Positions 49,350 through 61,684 of a stretch of 64,000 nucleotides of DNA are shown here, in pieces. Source of the stretch: Piromyces finnis finn (lineage: Eukaryota; Fungi; Neocallimastigomycota); contig MCFH01000020.1 of NCBI GenBank assembly GCA_002104945.1, forward strand, positions 682,001-746,000, in the 5' to 3' direction. The first letter of the stretch is position 1; each line of letters starts with the position of its first letter. The notes below the pieces were generated by a model. That model did no database searches and was not told the origin of the DNA. It saw only the letters and a list, made by a program, of their open reading frames with translations. Made by a program: the position numbers and the translations under genes.

Positions 49350-52300
49350 AATAATAATAATAAGATTTTGAAATTTCCAATTATTTTTTATTTTTTTATT
49401 TTTTTTTTATTTTAAATTTAAATAACCATGATTTTGTTCTATAATGATATAACTTCTCTATATCATTCAACAGCAATAATAAAAAAAAAACCTTTTGTAA
49501 AAAGGGACTGAATTTAAGATTAAATGACATTTCAAAAATTATTAACGATTAAAAAAATTTCTGAATTAATCAATAAATTAATTAATAAAAAATTTTAAAA
49601 CAATTTGTAAAACCTAACCAATTTTTAATCCAATAAAAATCAAGTCATCTGCAATTTTGTTACAATGGAATAAATGGTTCAAAACCTTATTATTTCATAA
49701 TAATTATAATATATTGAAGATTGAAAATAAATTTATTCACTACATACTACAATAATAATTCTAAAAAAAGAGTAAATTCTTTTAAATTCTATTATTATCA
49801 TATAATAAAAAGTTGATAAATAATTAAAAGCAATTCGTTTTAATCAAAGGAATCTTTAATTTATATATTTATATTTATAATTAGAAATGAATTTTGCAAT
49901 TACTATTTCTTATTTTAATCTATGAAATCTTTTTTTTCTAAAAAGAAAATTAAGAGACCTTTTTGTCTCTAATTTTTAATTAAATTGTCATTCTAATTTT
50001 TATCTTTATTTTTTAAAATTCAATCATGAAAAATATGATAAATTTATATAGAAATAAATTATTATTTTAGTAGTAATGTTTGTATTTGTTTTCTTATTTA
50101 CATTATAATATTATAATACTAAATTTATTTAATAATATTCATAATAATTATAATAATAATAATAATAATTATAAAAAAAACATTTTTTCCTATAAACTTT
50201 TTGAAGAAAAAAAAAAAGGAAAAGAATTAGGTTAAACTCTCTGATTCCCCTTTTATTTTTCATTTTTATTTACATTTTTTCTTATTACATTGTTTCATTT
50301 TTTTTGTATTATTAAAATAAAAACATTCCGTTTTTATAGTAAATGGAAAAATTTTTTTTATGTTTAAATTAAAAAAAATAATTAAAATACCAATTGAAAA
50401 AGTAGCTTTTAAATAATCATTTTATAGTGGTAGAATAGTTAAAATACAAAAAGTATTTAAAAATGGACAGTATTATAAATTTAAAGGTTTAATTATTATA
50501 TATAAGTAAAACACTTTTAATCTGTAAAATTCATATCTATTTATTTTAACCATTTAATGTCTTACGTCTTACAATATATTTTTAATAATCTAAATTTCTT
50601 GTTTATTAATATGTCAAATTTTCATAGTAAAGAATAAAATAAAAATTAAATTTTATCAAACTAAATTTTACTCTTTTTTTCGACAGATAGGTAATACATG
50701 AAAAATGATATATTTTATTTTGAAGAATATTTCTAATAATTATTAATAACAAAAAAGAAAATATTAGTCATAATAAATAAAAAAAGCTTTCTAGCAAGGT
50801 TTTATGGTAAATAAATTTATTATAAATACTCCTTAAGTGATTAGAAAAAACAAAAGCGTTATAAAAGATAACTATTTATCAATAAAAAAATCAACATTCA
50901 TAAATTACAATTTATATCCATATATTTAAATATTATATTTGTTAAGCAAGTTAAGCAATATCAAAAGAAAATACATCAATAATAAAATAAAGTTTTTATA
51001 ATGAATTTAATTATTTTTTGGTAATATATAAATATATATATTAATGTTCCCACTCTGTACAAATATATATTATTTTTAAAAATTTATATATTGAAATATA
51101 TTGTAATATATTATACTTTTATATGATATATCTGATTTTCTATTGTAGAAATTTTATTAAAAGAAATGCTATATATTATATTTAATTATAATATATATAA
51201 AGTAATGTCTGGAAAATCTATTAATTAAAATTTCAAAATAAGGTGTATGGTATAAAAAAATTTTTTAAATTATAAAATTTGAATCATGAGGAAAGAAAAA
51301 AAAGAGTAAATATTATCTAACATCAATAATACAATTATGTTAAAATAATTCATTCATTTAGGTATCAATACTTTATATATAGTAATAAGTGAAGAGAAAG
51401 AAGATGATATATAATGATATAATTTAATTAAAAGTCATTTATATGAAAGAGCTAGCAATATAAACTATAAATATTTTCTACTTACTATCAACAATAATAA
51501 ATAATTAAAGAATAGTGTAAATAAATATTATGCTATAAATTGTCTAGCAACCAATATGCAAGTAAAAGATTTTTTTTTATTATATTGTAGTTGTTTGAAG
51601 TCTGATGCTATTTTTCTATATTTACTAAAATATTTTATTTAATATAAGTGATTGTTGGTATTATTATTTTTAAACAGTTATTCGTACCAAGTCGGAAAAA
51701 AAGAGAAAATATATATTTTTTTTTTTTTTACATTGATTGTTGTTACAATTACATTTACATTTACATCACAGATGACTGAAACAATTCTATATATATATTA
51801 TTTAATAAATAAAAATTAATTTTTTTATATTACTTTATTTCAATTATTCAATATATGAACCAATATATTACATTCAATTAAAAGTAACTCAATATTATAA
51901 TATAAATAAAAAGAAATTTATATTGATTAAAAATTCAATATACAATATTTAACATAGGATATATTAAACTCTATTTATATTAAATTTTATATGTAACATC
52001 TTTTCGTTCTATTTAAAAATTGAATAAATATGGTTAAATTAAATTAAATAAACAAAATTAAGGTTTAATTTATTCTTATTGAAATTAAACTTAAATCTTT
52101 AATTTTATTTTGCTTAGTGTATCCTTAAAAAAAAAGATAAACCATTAGTACATTATTAAGATCAAATGAAAAAATATTCATTTGTTGTAACAAAATATAA
52201 AAAAAAGAAAAAGTTTCTATGGTATTATAGGGTAATAAACTATAAACTTTTAATTTTTATTCTTTTGTTAAATAACTATGCATTTCTCTCTCATTTTATG

Positions 52301-54790
52301 TTATTATTTATTAAACAACAATATAATTTTTGAAACAATGATATTATTATTTTTTTAAATAATATTTCATTTTCTTTTCTATAATTTTGAAAATAAACTT
52401 TATTTTCTTTATTAAAGTTGATAACACAATTTTAATTTAATATAATTATTTTTCCACAGATACATCCATTTTTAAAAATATGACAATGCAATTTAAGGTT
52501 TTTTTTTATGTAAGACACTTACAAAGGCAAAAATAATAATAACTAGAAGGAACTTTATTAATTTTAAATAATATCCAAAATACTACCTTTTTTCATATAA
52601 ATAATAATAGTATATAGTAACATTATAATAAAAAATCTTTGTACCTAGAAGTGGTTTATAGTGTTGATTTTTTTTTATTAAAGGGTGTTTTATTTATATA
52701 TATTTTTTTATATTAATAATCATTTTGTAAATAATTTTATTTTATTCCACTTTACTTTTTTAATAAAGCCAATTGGAATAATAGTTAATATTATTTTATT
52801 AATAAATTTATTAAAGTTTTTAAGGTTAATTTAAGGTTAATCAATGGTTAAATTATAGTTAATTAAAATTTCAGTAACTATATATATATCATTTTTAATA
52901 TAAAATTATTTAATATTCAAATGATACAATAATATTAAGAATCAACATTATAATATTAATAATTTATGGTGAAAAATTTGTTCTTTGTCTATTTTCTATT
53001 TTTGGTGATTTATTAGATGAATTTATCATTTGGTACAATCTATCCAGATAGTTTTTTTTTAATCTTATCTTTCTGTTTTTTTTATAAATGATCATTGGTT
53101 ATTCAATTGTATCAAAAAATGTCAACTTAACTAATAATAACTATTATTTTTTTTAAAAAAGTTAGAGAATTTCAAAATTCTATTCTTAAATAAGTAATAA
53201 TAGCTATTTTTTTTTAAAAAATAGTTAAAGAAATTTCAAAAAAGTCTATGCTATTTCTATTTATTAAATTCATGGTGGGATAAAAAGTTATTGAAATAAT
53301 AATGATTAAAAAATAATTTGATCTAATTTTTTAAAGGTTATATAAAAAAAAAGATATTCATATAAAAGAAATTACAAAATTTAAAAATATAAATACATTA
53401 TATATTGTAATAAATGTATATGTATTTTTTTTACTTTTTTTATAATATAAATAATGTATGGTATATATACTTTGAAAATATAATAAAATAGAAATCAATA
53501 CAAAAGTATTGTAGTAGGAATTAATATACAAATATAATTTTTTAATTAAAATTTTAATGACTTTAAAGAAGTATAATAAATAGAAAAACTTTGATTTATT
53601 TTATTTATTACACAATTAATTTTTAATATATTATCAAAATACTTTTATACAATTATTTGTATTACAATAAGAAATATAGTTTGAATTCAATATAATCTAC
53701 TATTATATAATATTATATAATACATTTCATAATATATTAAAAACAAATTTTATTTTATAGTGATATATTGTGATTTAATATTACTATTATATTAAGATAA
53801 TATTTTATTTTCTTTACCACATATATACTAATAAAATAGATCATTTTAATTTAATATGTTGATAATTATAATATATTATACCATATTTATTTTTTATTTA
53901 GAAAAAATATTATATGTAACCAAATTAACAACATATTTTAAAATATAATATATAATAAAATATATTGATAATATTAAATAAGTATAAATCTACTAATATT
54001 ATAAGTAAATCTTTTTTCTACTATTAATTAATTAATTAATTGAATTACATTTAATTTATTTTCTTTTTTTTCAATAGCGACTATATATTAGGAAAAGAAT
54101 TAATTACGATGATTTACAATTCTAATAATATTATTATATTGATTTTAGAATTGAAAATATAAAAACTTATAACCATCATATATTATTATATAGAATAAAA
54201 AAATATTGAATTGAATTGTAATTTATAGTGAATTTTAGTATTAATAAAAATTTAAAAAAAAAAATTTAAATTGTACAATTGAAATAATCTGAATAATCAT
54301 GAAAAAAAAGTTTGAAAATTAAAATTAAAAAATTAATAATTAAAAAAAAAAAAAAGTGAACTTTCAACCAAATTATTTCTTTAAATCCTTTTTTTTTATT
54401 TATTTTCTTTCTTTATAAATTGGAAGTTTTTTTATTAATTATTTTAATTTGTTTAATCATTAACATTTCATTATATTAATTTAATATTAATATTTACATA
54501 TATTATTATTTTTAATATAATATATGTAATAAAGAAATAATTATTATTATAAAATAGTGAAATTATAAATTTAAAAATAAAAAAAAAATTGAAATTGTTA
54601 TTTTAGAATTAAAAGTAATAATTAATCATTACCAATAATCAATCATTAATACCAGAATACAAGGATTATTTTATTAATAGCAATATATAATTCAATACTC
54701 AAAATAATACTTGTTGTTAATATTTAATATTATAAATTATTATAATAGAGTACTTTTAAAACTTTTAAAAGGAATACTTTCTATTCATTT

Positions 54791-54838
<48 letters not shown>

Positions 54839-55753
54839 TAAGCAAATAATATTTTATTAAATATTTAATAAGAAAAAGAAAATTTGAAAATCATTAATAT
54901 TGATCTTAATATAATATTATATCTTAATATATTCTGAAACATTGTTAATGCAATTCCTATAAATGTAAAGTATATTCCTTTTTATATATATATAGAAAAA
55001 TTAAAAAAGATCTAAAGAGAAAAAAAGTGATTATTGTATTTGTATTGTAACAATTGAAAGTTCATAACAATTTGAAATCTAATAAAAAAATACACATAAT
55101 AATAATGAATCAAAAAAAATATAATTTTTATTCCAAAAAAAAAAAAAAAAGCTTTATTTGTTAAAGGTTAAAAAGTACTTAATTTAATCGCACTTAAGTA
55201 TACTAAAAGTTAATTATTATACTTATTTAAACTGATCACCATTTAATTTATATAATAATGTTAATATATAATTATTTTTGTATAATTAAAACCAATTGTC
55301 TATAATATATTTCAATTAATTATATTACAGTAATGACCTTTCATTCTTTTATTGAAAGATAGAAATTTAAATTTTGTAAAATAAAGTTCATAATATAGTA
55401 TACTTTATTCACATGTCTACGTTATATTTAATATATAAATAATTTTCACATAAATAAAAAACGATAATAACAAATGATTTATATTGATAATTGGAATATA
55501 AATTTTTCAATTAAAAAAAATTTAAGGAATAAAAGAGAAATTTATTTTTTTCTAAAAAATAAATTTAATCGTTTAATAAATCAATAGTACTAACGTTTTT
55601 ATTAATATAAAGTTTTTAAAATAGATTAACTTTGCTTCCTTTCCCATTCTTTTCTTTTTATTAAATTGATTATTTAATAAAAAACAATTTAATTTTAAGA
55701 AAATAGAAATTATTAAAGAATTTATTTTTGATTGATACATTTCTGTCTTAAAA

Positions 55754-58700
55754 ATGTTGGGATTTTCCAATAATCAACAACAAAATATCCAGGATAGAAA
55801 TAATATGCAACAAATGCCCATGCTTCCAGTACCAATGAATCAACAAATGCCAATGAACAATATGCAACGAAATGGTCCTATTCCACAAAATAATATGAAT
55901 GTTATGTTAAATCAATCTGGAGCTAACAATAACAACAATACTATTTCAAATAACAATAATAATATGAGTATGGGAACCCCAATGAATGCTAATACCAATA
56001 ATAATATTAATCCATCTTCTTTAGATGTTAATAATATGAATACCTCAACGAATCATCAAAATCAAAACATGGGAAATGATGGTTTATATGGTAATGGTGG
56101 TGGCATATATTCTTACCCTGTATCTATGATGAATTCTAATTCAAACAATAATTATTATCAATACAATAATATGAATAATTTTTCTATCTATCAACAACAA
56201 CCACCTCTGCAATCACAAACACAACAAATTCCACAACAAGCACTATCACAACAAAATCAACCTTATTTTATGCCGCAACTATCTCAACAAAATTCTTCTG
56301 AATCACAAACTTCTTCACAAAATGCTTCCCAATCTCAACCTAATCATCAAGGAAATATAATTCAAACAGGGATTTCAAATCAACAATCATCTATGATAAA
56401 TTCTGGTATTTCTATTCCATCAGATTCTTCTCTACAACAACAGTCACAACCTTCATTCTATTCTAATCCATCTTCCTTTTTAATGAATATATCCAATAAT
56501 CATTCTAATAGCCAAAGTATTAGTAATCAACATCAAAATAACTTAATAGGAAATAATAATGGTAATTTTGTTTCAGGAAACTCTGGTAATTCACTATCTT
56601 GTAATAATAGCAATATGAATATGAATTATAATTCAACAAATGGTTACTCTCCATTTAATACAAATTTATATGCAAATTTTAATGGTGGTTTTAATAGTAC
56701 TAATTCTTCTTTAAACAATTCAAATTCCTATACAGTAAATAATATTAATAATACAAATGATATGTCAACCACAGTTGTTAATAATAACAACACTGCTGTT
56801 AATTCAACAGTGATTGGCTCTAATACAAATAATAATACTCCATCAAATATGATAAATACAAATAACACAAATAATATAACAGATAATAACAATGGTAATC
56901 TTAATACTAATTTATTTAATGGCTATCATCCAATCAATACAAACCATCCAATGAATATGAATAATAGTAATATGAATGTAAATACCCATAATAATATGAA
57001 CAATAATGGCAGTAACCAAATTAATAGCAATTCCATTAATACTCCATTTGTGAATTCTATTAATTCTCAATTGAATCCAAATGCTGCTGCATTTACGCTT
57101 TCTACTCCATCTAATAATGAACGTAATATTAGTGAGATCACCAAAGAATCTCTTCTCACTAAAAAAGCAAGTGTTACTTTTTCGCAAACTTCTGTTGAAG
57201 CTTCTCTTTCCCAAAATAACGAATTAAAAAATCTTAGAGATGTTAATATTCAAGGTCAAAACCAAACCAAACCTGAAATATCTGAATTAAAAGATAATGT
57301 CACAAATGAAGCAAAAGAGATTAAAGATACACCATCCTTAAATGACCTTTCTGAATCTATTTCTAGAAAGGATAGTATTAGTGTCGGATCAAGTATTAGT
57401 GAAAATATTTCTTCACATGATACACCAACAGTTTCTTCGATTGATAGTAAACACTATACTTCATCAAACTTTATTGGTAATTCGAGCTATGGAGGATTAA
57501 CCACAACAAATTCTATAGGAAATAACAATGGATCTATTAATACTTCAAATATGTTAACTTCACATTCATCATTTAGTAATTTTAATATTTCCATGAATAA
57601 TGGTCGTAACAGTATGCAAAACTCTACTCATAATAATTTCAATATAAGTGGAAATAATAGTAATAATAGAAATAATAGTAATATGTCTTGTTTTAATGGT
57701 ATGATGTCTATGCCAATTATACCTCCTAATGGAGGCAACAGTATGATAAATAATAGCCATCTTATAGGAACAGGGTCTGTATTTTCTAGTAATAATCAAT
57801 GGTCGAATACTATGGATAATTCTAATCGTATGAATTTACCAATGAATTCAGCAGGAGGAAACAATAATGGAAACAATAATGGCTTAAATTCTGGTCTTGG
57901 AAGCAATAATATGAAACTTATGATGAATGGAAATGGCATAAGTAGTAATATAAATTCATTTTCCATGACATCTGGTCCAAATGGTATAGGAAGTTGGGAC
58001 TGGAATAGTAACTTTTCTTATAATAATGGATTTTATGATGGAGGAAATGGCTTAAGCAAATTTAATAGTAATAATAATGACTTTTATCATAGCGGGGACA
58101 ATCGTAATTTAAAGAATGGTCAACAAAATAATATTAATTTAATATCTAGTCTTACAAATGGAATTAATAATATGAATTTAAATACTGGTTCTGGTTTCAA
58201 TATACTCTCCAACAATAATAACAACTTACTATCGAATACTCTTGGTAAGGGTCGTATTAATAATGGCCTTGGAATTACTACCAACCCTATAACTATCAAC
58301 ACCAACAATACTCATCATGTTATAGGCCCAACGTCAGCAAAGAGTCAAGATAACGGGTTAGATTCGGTTCTTACGGGAAAGAAAATTGAAGTAGAAAATG
58401 AAGAATTATACGATATAAAGGAAAGCAATAGTACAATTATAAATGGAAATAATGTATCTAATACCCTCCCAACTTCTGCATCAAATGGAAGTTTGTTAAG
58501 TGTTAAGATGAGTAAAGAAGACTTAATATTGAATAGTAAAGAGTTTGTGCCAAGTATAAAACATGATTTAATACTAACAAAAGATTTATCTACATTAGCA
58601 TTAGGTCGTGATAAGATTTTTAGTAGTAATACATCATCCTTGAAACCATCACCAAATCTTACGAGTGTTAATAATGAAGCAAGAATGGGTTTTGGTATTA

Positions 58701-61684
58701 ATGGAGCAGTAAATAGTTTCAATCCAAGTAATAGTAACAGTAGTATTAATACCTTAGTAAACTTTAATATGAATAGTAGTATGGGTTCAATAGCAACTAC
58801 AGGTGCTAATAATGGTACAGATTTAGCTTTAAAAAGAAAAAAATCTGTTGCTATTCCATTCACAACACGTCCAGGCTTTGGTCAAGCTGGTAGAAAAATT
58901 AAATTAAAGGCTAACTTTTATGCTATAAAAAACCTTCTTATTGAAAATGTTCATCAATATGAATTTGTGATTGTTCAAAAGTCTCCAAGAAAGGATACTA
59001 ATATCTCACCAGAACTTCTTCGTCTTCTTTATCAGCGTTGGTGGGAAATCTTTAAGAAAGAAAACCATAAACCTCTTTATCCTGTATTTGATGGTCGTCA
59101 TTATATTTTTAGTGCTACTCGACTTCCATTCCAAAATGATAAAGCTGTATATACTATTAATTTAGTACGTGATGGTAACGTAAGTTCAGAAAGAGTTTTT
59201 GAAATTACCCTTCGTAAAGTTCAAGAGATTAGTATGGAAGGCCTTCATAAATTCTTAGCCGGCCAAAACTTGGAGGTTCCTACAGAAGCATTATCTGTTA
59301 TTGATACTATTTTCCGTCATTTCCCATCATTTTTGGATAATCAATTTAGTATTGTAGGACGTTCCTTCTTCACTAATGATGATATAGAAGAAATCAGTAA
59401 TGGTGTTCAACTTTGGCGTGGTCATCATCAAAGTTTAAAAGCTTCTCGTGATCGTCTTTTGATTAATATTGATATCTCTGCAACTGCTTTTTATAAACCT
59501 GGTCCATTAAAAAATGTTATTCAAAACTTTTTTGGTAAAGATGATTTAAAAATACTCTTAAATGATACTGAAAGACAGCATATCGAAAGTTTCTTAAAGG
59601 GTATTAAAATTAAGATTAACTACAGAGATAATTCTCGTCGTACTTATAAAATATTGCGTTTTTCTAATCTTCCAGCTAATCAGCAAATGATTACCAATAT
59701 TCAAACTAAAAATGAACAAAGTGTTTCTGAGTACTTTAAAGAAGCTTATAATATTACTTTGAAATATCCACATATTCCTTGCATTGATGTTGGAAAGGTT
59801 AGTCAACCTATCTATATACCTATTGAACTTTGTGAAGTTCCAGATGGCCAAAAGTATTTAAAGAAGTTGAATGAAAAACAGACCACTGAAATGATTAAAT
59901 TTACATGTCAATTACCAAATCTTAGAGAAGGAAAAATTAACTCTGGTAGAAAGCGTCTTCAACCTGATAATAATGAATGCTTTAACTCTCTTAACCTTCT
60001 TATATCTAATCAAATGGAGGTTGTAGATGCAAGAATTTTACCAGCGCCAACAATTGTATTTAACAAAGAATCACAAGAACCAAAGATTCGTCCAAATGGT
60101 GGTATATGGAGTTTAAAAAATAAAAAGTTAGCCTTAGGTTCAACACTTTCTTCTTGGTCAATTTTAGCATTTGGTAAAGAAACAGATTATCCACGTGAAA
60201 CAATTAATAACTTTTTAGTAGAATTAGTGAAGACATTGAAGGAAAATGGTGTTAATGTTCGTAATCCAAATCCACCAATTTGTTACGGTAATAAGAATGA
60301 AATTGAGGAGTCACTGTATAAAGCCTACCATGAAGCATGCAGTTGTGATATCCCAATTATGGGTGATGAAGATGAAGATCATTTAACTAGCATTAGTCCT
60401 GGTATTAATCGTAAATTGATTCTTTGCATTTTACCATGCCGTGTCAACAATACTACACCATACTATGCTGAAATTAAGCGTATTGCAGATACTGTTATTG
60501 GTGTAGTTACTCAATGTATTCAAGGTCGTCATATCACTGCTCCAATCAAATCTTATTGTGGTAATCTTTCATTGAAGATTAATGTTAAATTGGGAGGTTA
60601 TAATAATTTTATTCTTCCAGAGCAAATTCGTTTTATTATGGAAGAGCCAACAATTGTATTTGGTGGTAATGTTACAAACCCTGGACCAGGCGACCGTATT
60701 CATCCGTCTATCGTTGCATTAGTTGGATCTATGGATTGCCAATGTTCTCATTATATCGCAACTACCCGTATTCAAGAACGCAAAAAAGAATGCATCATTA
60801 AGCTATCTGAAATGATTGTTATTTTATTCAATAAGTTTTATAAAATTAATGAACTCATGCCAAAACGAATTCTTTTTTATCGTGATTGTATCTCAGAAAG
60901 TCAATATCAATCTGTTATGCAATATGAATTAAATGAAATTCGTGAAGCGTGTAAAATGATTGACCCAAGTTATCAACCAACAATTACATATATTGTAGTA
61001 CAAAAACGTCATCACGCTCGTTTCTTCCCAATGCGTAAGGAAGAATCAGATTCCAAGGGTAATATTTTAGCAGGTACCGTTATTGAAAGTTTAATTACAC
61101 ATCCTTCTCAGTTTGATTTCTATTTATGTAGTCATCCAGGTCTTCAAGGTACCTCTAGACCAACACACTATCACGTTCTTTATGATGAACATAACTTTAC
61201 AGCTGATGAATTGGAAGAATTAACCTATCATATGTGCTTCCTTTATTCAAGATCTACTCGTGCAGTTAGTATTGTACCACCTGCTTACTATGCTCATTTA
61301 GCTGCAGCTCGTGTTAAATATCATGCCCATGAAGCCTGGAATGAGCAAGAACAACAACAACAAACTAATTATATAAATAATGGAAATTCAACTAGTTCTG
61401 TTACAACAGCAGCAATTACTGACGTTACTAATGCCAACCTAGTTGGAAATGAATCCTCACCAATGTTAGATTCAAATGAATCCTTAGTGGGTAGTGGTAG
61501 CAATAGTACATTAGGATCTTCAGCATCATCGCCTTCTCTAGACAAATCAAACATTTCTACATCAGGTAACACAACATTAACATCATCACCATCTACTTCT
61601 TCGTTAAAGAACACTCAACCTGTACGTAGAGTATTGTATGAATCAGTTAAAGAAGAGTTACAAGAAATTATGTACTTTATGTAA
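55754..61684 (+). CDS. ago: Eukaryotic Argonaute (N, PAZ, MID, PIWI) with about 1030 aa of N/Q/S/G-rich N-terminal extension; 1976 aa, intronless
   Basis: Core begins RPGFGQAGRKIKLKANFY at about 58870. PAZ: YFKEAYNITLKYPHIPCI...YIPIELC. MID: YAEIKR, TQCIQ, KINVKLGG. PIWI: FYRD, VVQKRHHARFF, GTSRPTHYHVL, VSIVPPAYYAH, ending MYFM. Confidence 0.97.
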   Translation: MLGFSNNQQQNIQDRNNMQQMPMLPVPMNQQMPMNNMQRNGPIPQNNMNVMLNQSGANNNNNTISNNNNNMSMGTPMNANTNNNINPSSLDVNNMNTSTNHQNQNMGNDGLYGNGGGIYSYPVSMMNSNSNNNYYQYNNMNNFSIYQQQPPLQSQTQQIPQQALSQQNQPYFMPQLSQQNSSESQTSSQNASQSQPNHQGNIIQTGISNQQSSMINSGISIPSDSSLQQQSQPSFYSNPSSFLMNISNNHSNSQSISNQHQNNLIGNNNGNFVSGNSGNSLSCNNSNMNMNYNSTNGYSPFNTNLYANFNGGFNSTNSSLNNSNSYTVNNINNTNDMSTTVVNNNNTAVNSTVIGSNTNNNTPSNMINTNNTNNITDNNNGNLNTNLFNGYHPINTNHPMNMNNSNMNVNTHNNMNNNGSNQINSNSINTPFVNSINSQLNPNAAAFTLSTPSNNERNISEITKESLLTKKASVTFSQTSVEASLSQNNELKNLRDVNIQGQNQTKPEISELKDNVTNEAKEIKDTPSLNDLSESISRKDSISVGSSISENISSHDTPTVSSIDSKHYTSSNFIGNSSYGGLTTTNSIGNNNGSINTSNMLTSHSSFSNFNISMNNGRNSMQNSTHNNFNISGNNSNNRNNSNMSCFNGMMSMPIIPPNGGNSMINNSHLIGTGSVFSSNNQWSNTMDNSNRMNLPMNSAGGNNNGNNNGLNSGLGSNNMKLMMNGNGISSNINSFSMTSGPNGIGSWDWNSNFSYNNGFYDGGNGLSKFNSNNNDFYHSGDNRNLKNGQQNNINLISSLTNGINNMNLNTGSGFNILSNNNNNLLSNTLGKGRINNGLGITTNPITINTNNTHHVIGPTSAKSQDNGLDSVLTGKKIEVENEELYDIKESNSTIINGNNVSNTLPTSASNGSLLSVKMSKEDLILNSKEFVPSIKHDLILTKDLSTLALGRDKIFSSNTSSLKPSPNLTSVNNEARMGFGINGAVNSFNPSNSNSSINTLVNFNMNSSMGSIATTGANNGTDLALKRKKSVAIPFTTRPGFGQAGRKIKLKANFYAIKNLLIENVHQYEFVIVQKSPRKDTNISPELLRLLYQRWWEIFKKENHKPLYPVFDGRHYIFSATRLPFQNDKAVYTINLVRDGNVSSERVFEITLRKVQEISMEGLHKFLAGQNLEVPTEALSVIDTIFRHFPSFLDNQFSIVGRSFFTNDDIEEISNGVQLWRGHHQSLKASRDRLLINIDISATAFYKPGPLKNVIQNFFGKDDLKILLNDTERQHIESFLKGIKIKINYRDNSRRTYKILRFSNLPANQQMITNIQTKNEQSVSEYFKEAYNITLKYPHIPCIDVGKVSQPIYIPIELCEVPDGQKYLKKLNEKQTTEMIKFTCQLPNLREGKINSGRKRLQPDNNECFNSLNLLISNQMEVVDARILPAPTIVFNKESQEPKIRPNGGIWSLKNKKLALGSTLSSWSILAFGKETDYPRETINNFLVELVKTLKENGVNVRNPNPPICYGNKNEIEESLYKAYHEACSCDIPIMGDEDEDHLTSISPGINRKLILCILPCRVNNTTPYYAEIKRIADTVIGVVTQCIQGRHITAPIKSYCGNLSLKINVKLGGYNNFILPEQIRFIMEEPTIVFGGNVTNPGPGDRIHPSIVALVGSMDCQCSHYIATTRIQERKKECIIKLSEMIVILFNKFYKINELMPKRILFYRDCISESQYQSVMQYELNEIREACKMIDPSYQPTITYIVVQKRHHARFFPMRKEESDSKGNILAGTVIESLITHPSQFDFYLCSHPGLQGTSRPTHYHVLYDEHNFTADELEELTYHMCFLYSRSTRAVSIVPPAYYAHLAAARVKYHAHEAWNEQEQQQQTNYINNGNSTSSVTTAAITDVTNANLVGNESSPMLDSNESLVGSGSNSTLGSSASSPSLDKSNISTSGNTTLTSSPSTSSLKNTQPVRRVLYESVKEELQEIMYFM

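Noticed and set aside
56912-61614. Antisense and alternative-frame ORFs within the Argonaute gene
   Set aside because: Shadows of low-complexity Asn/Ser codons.
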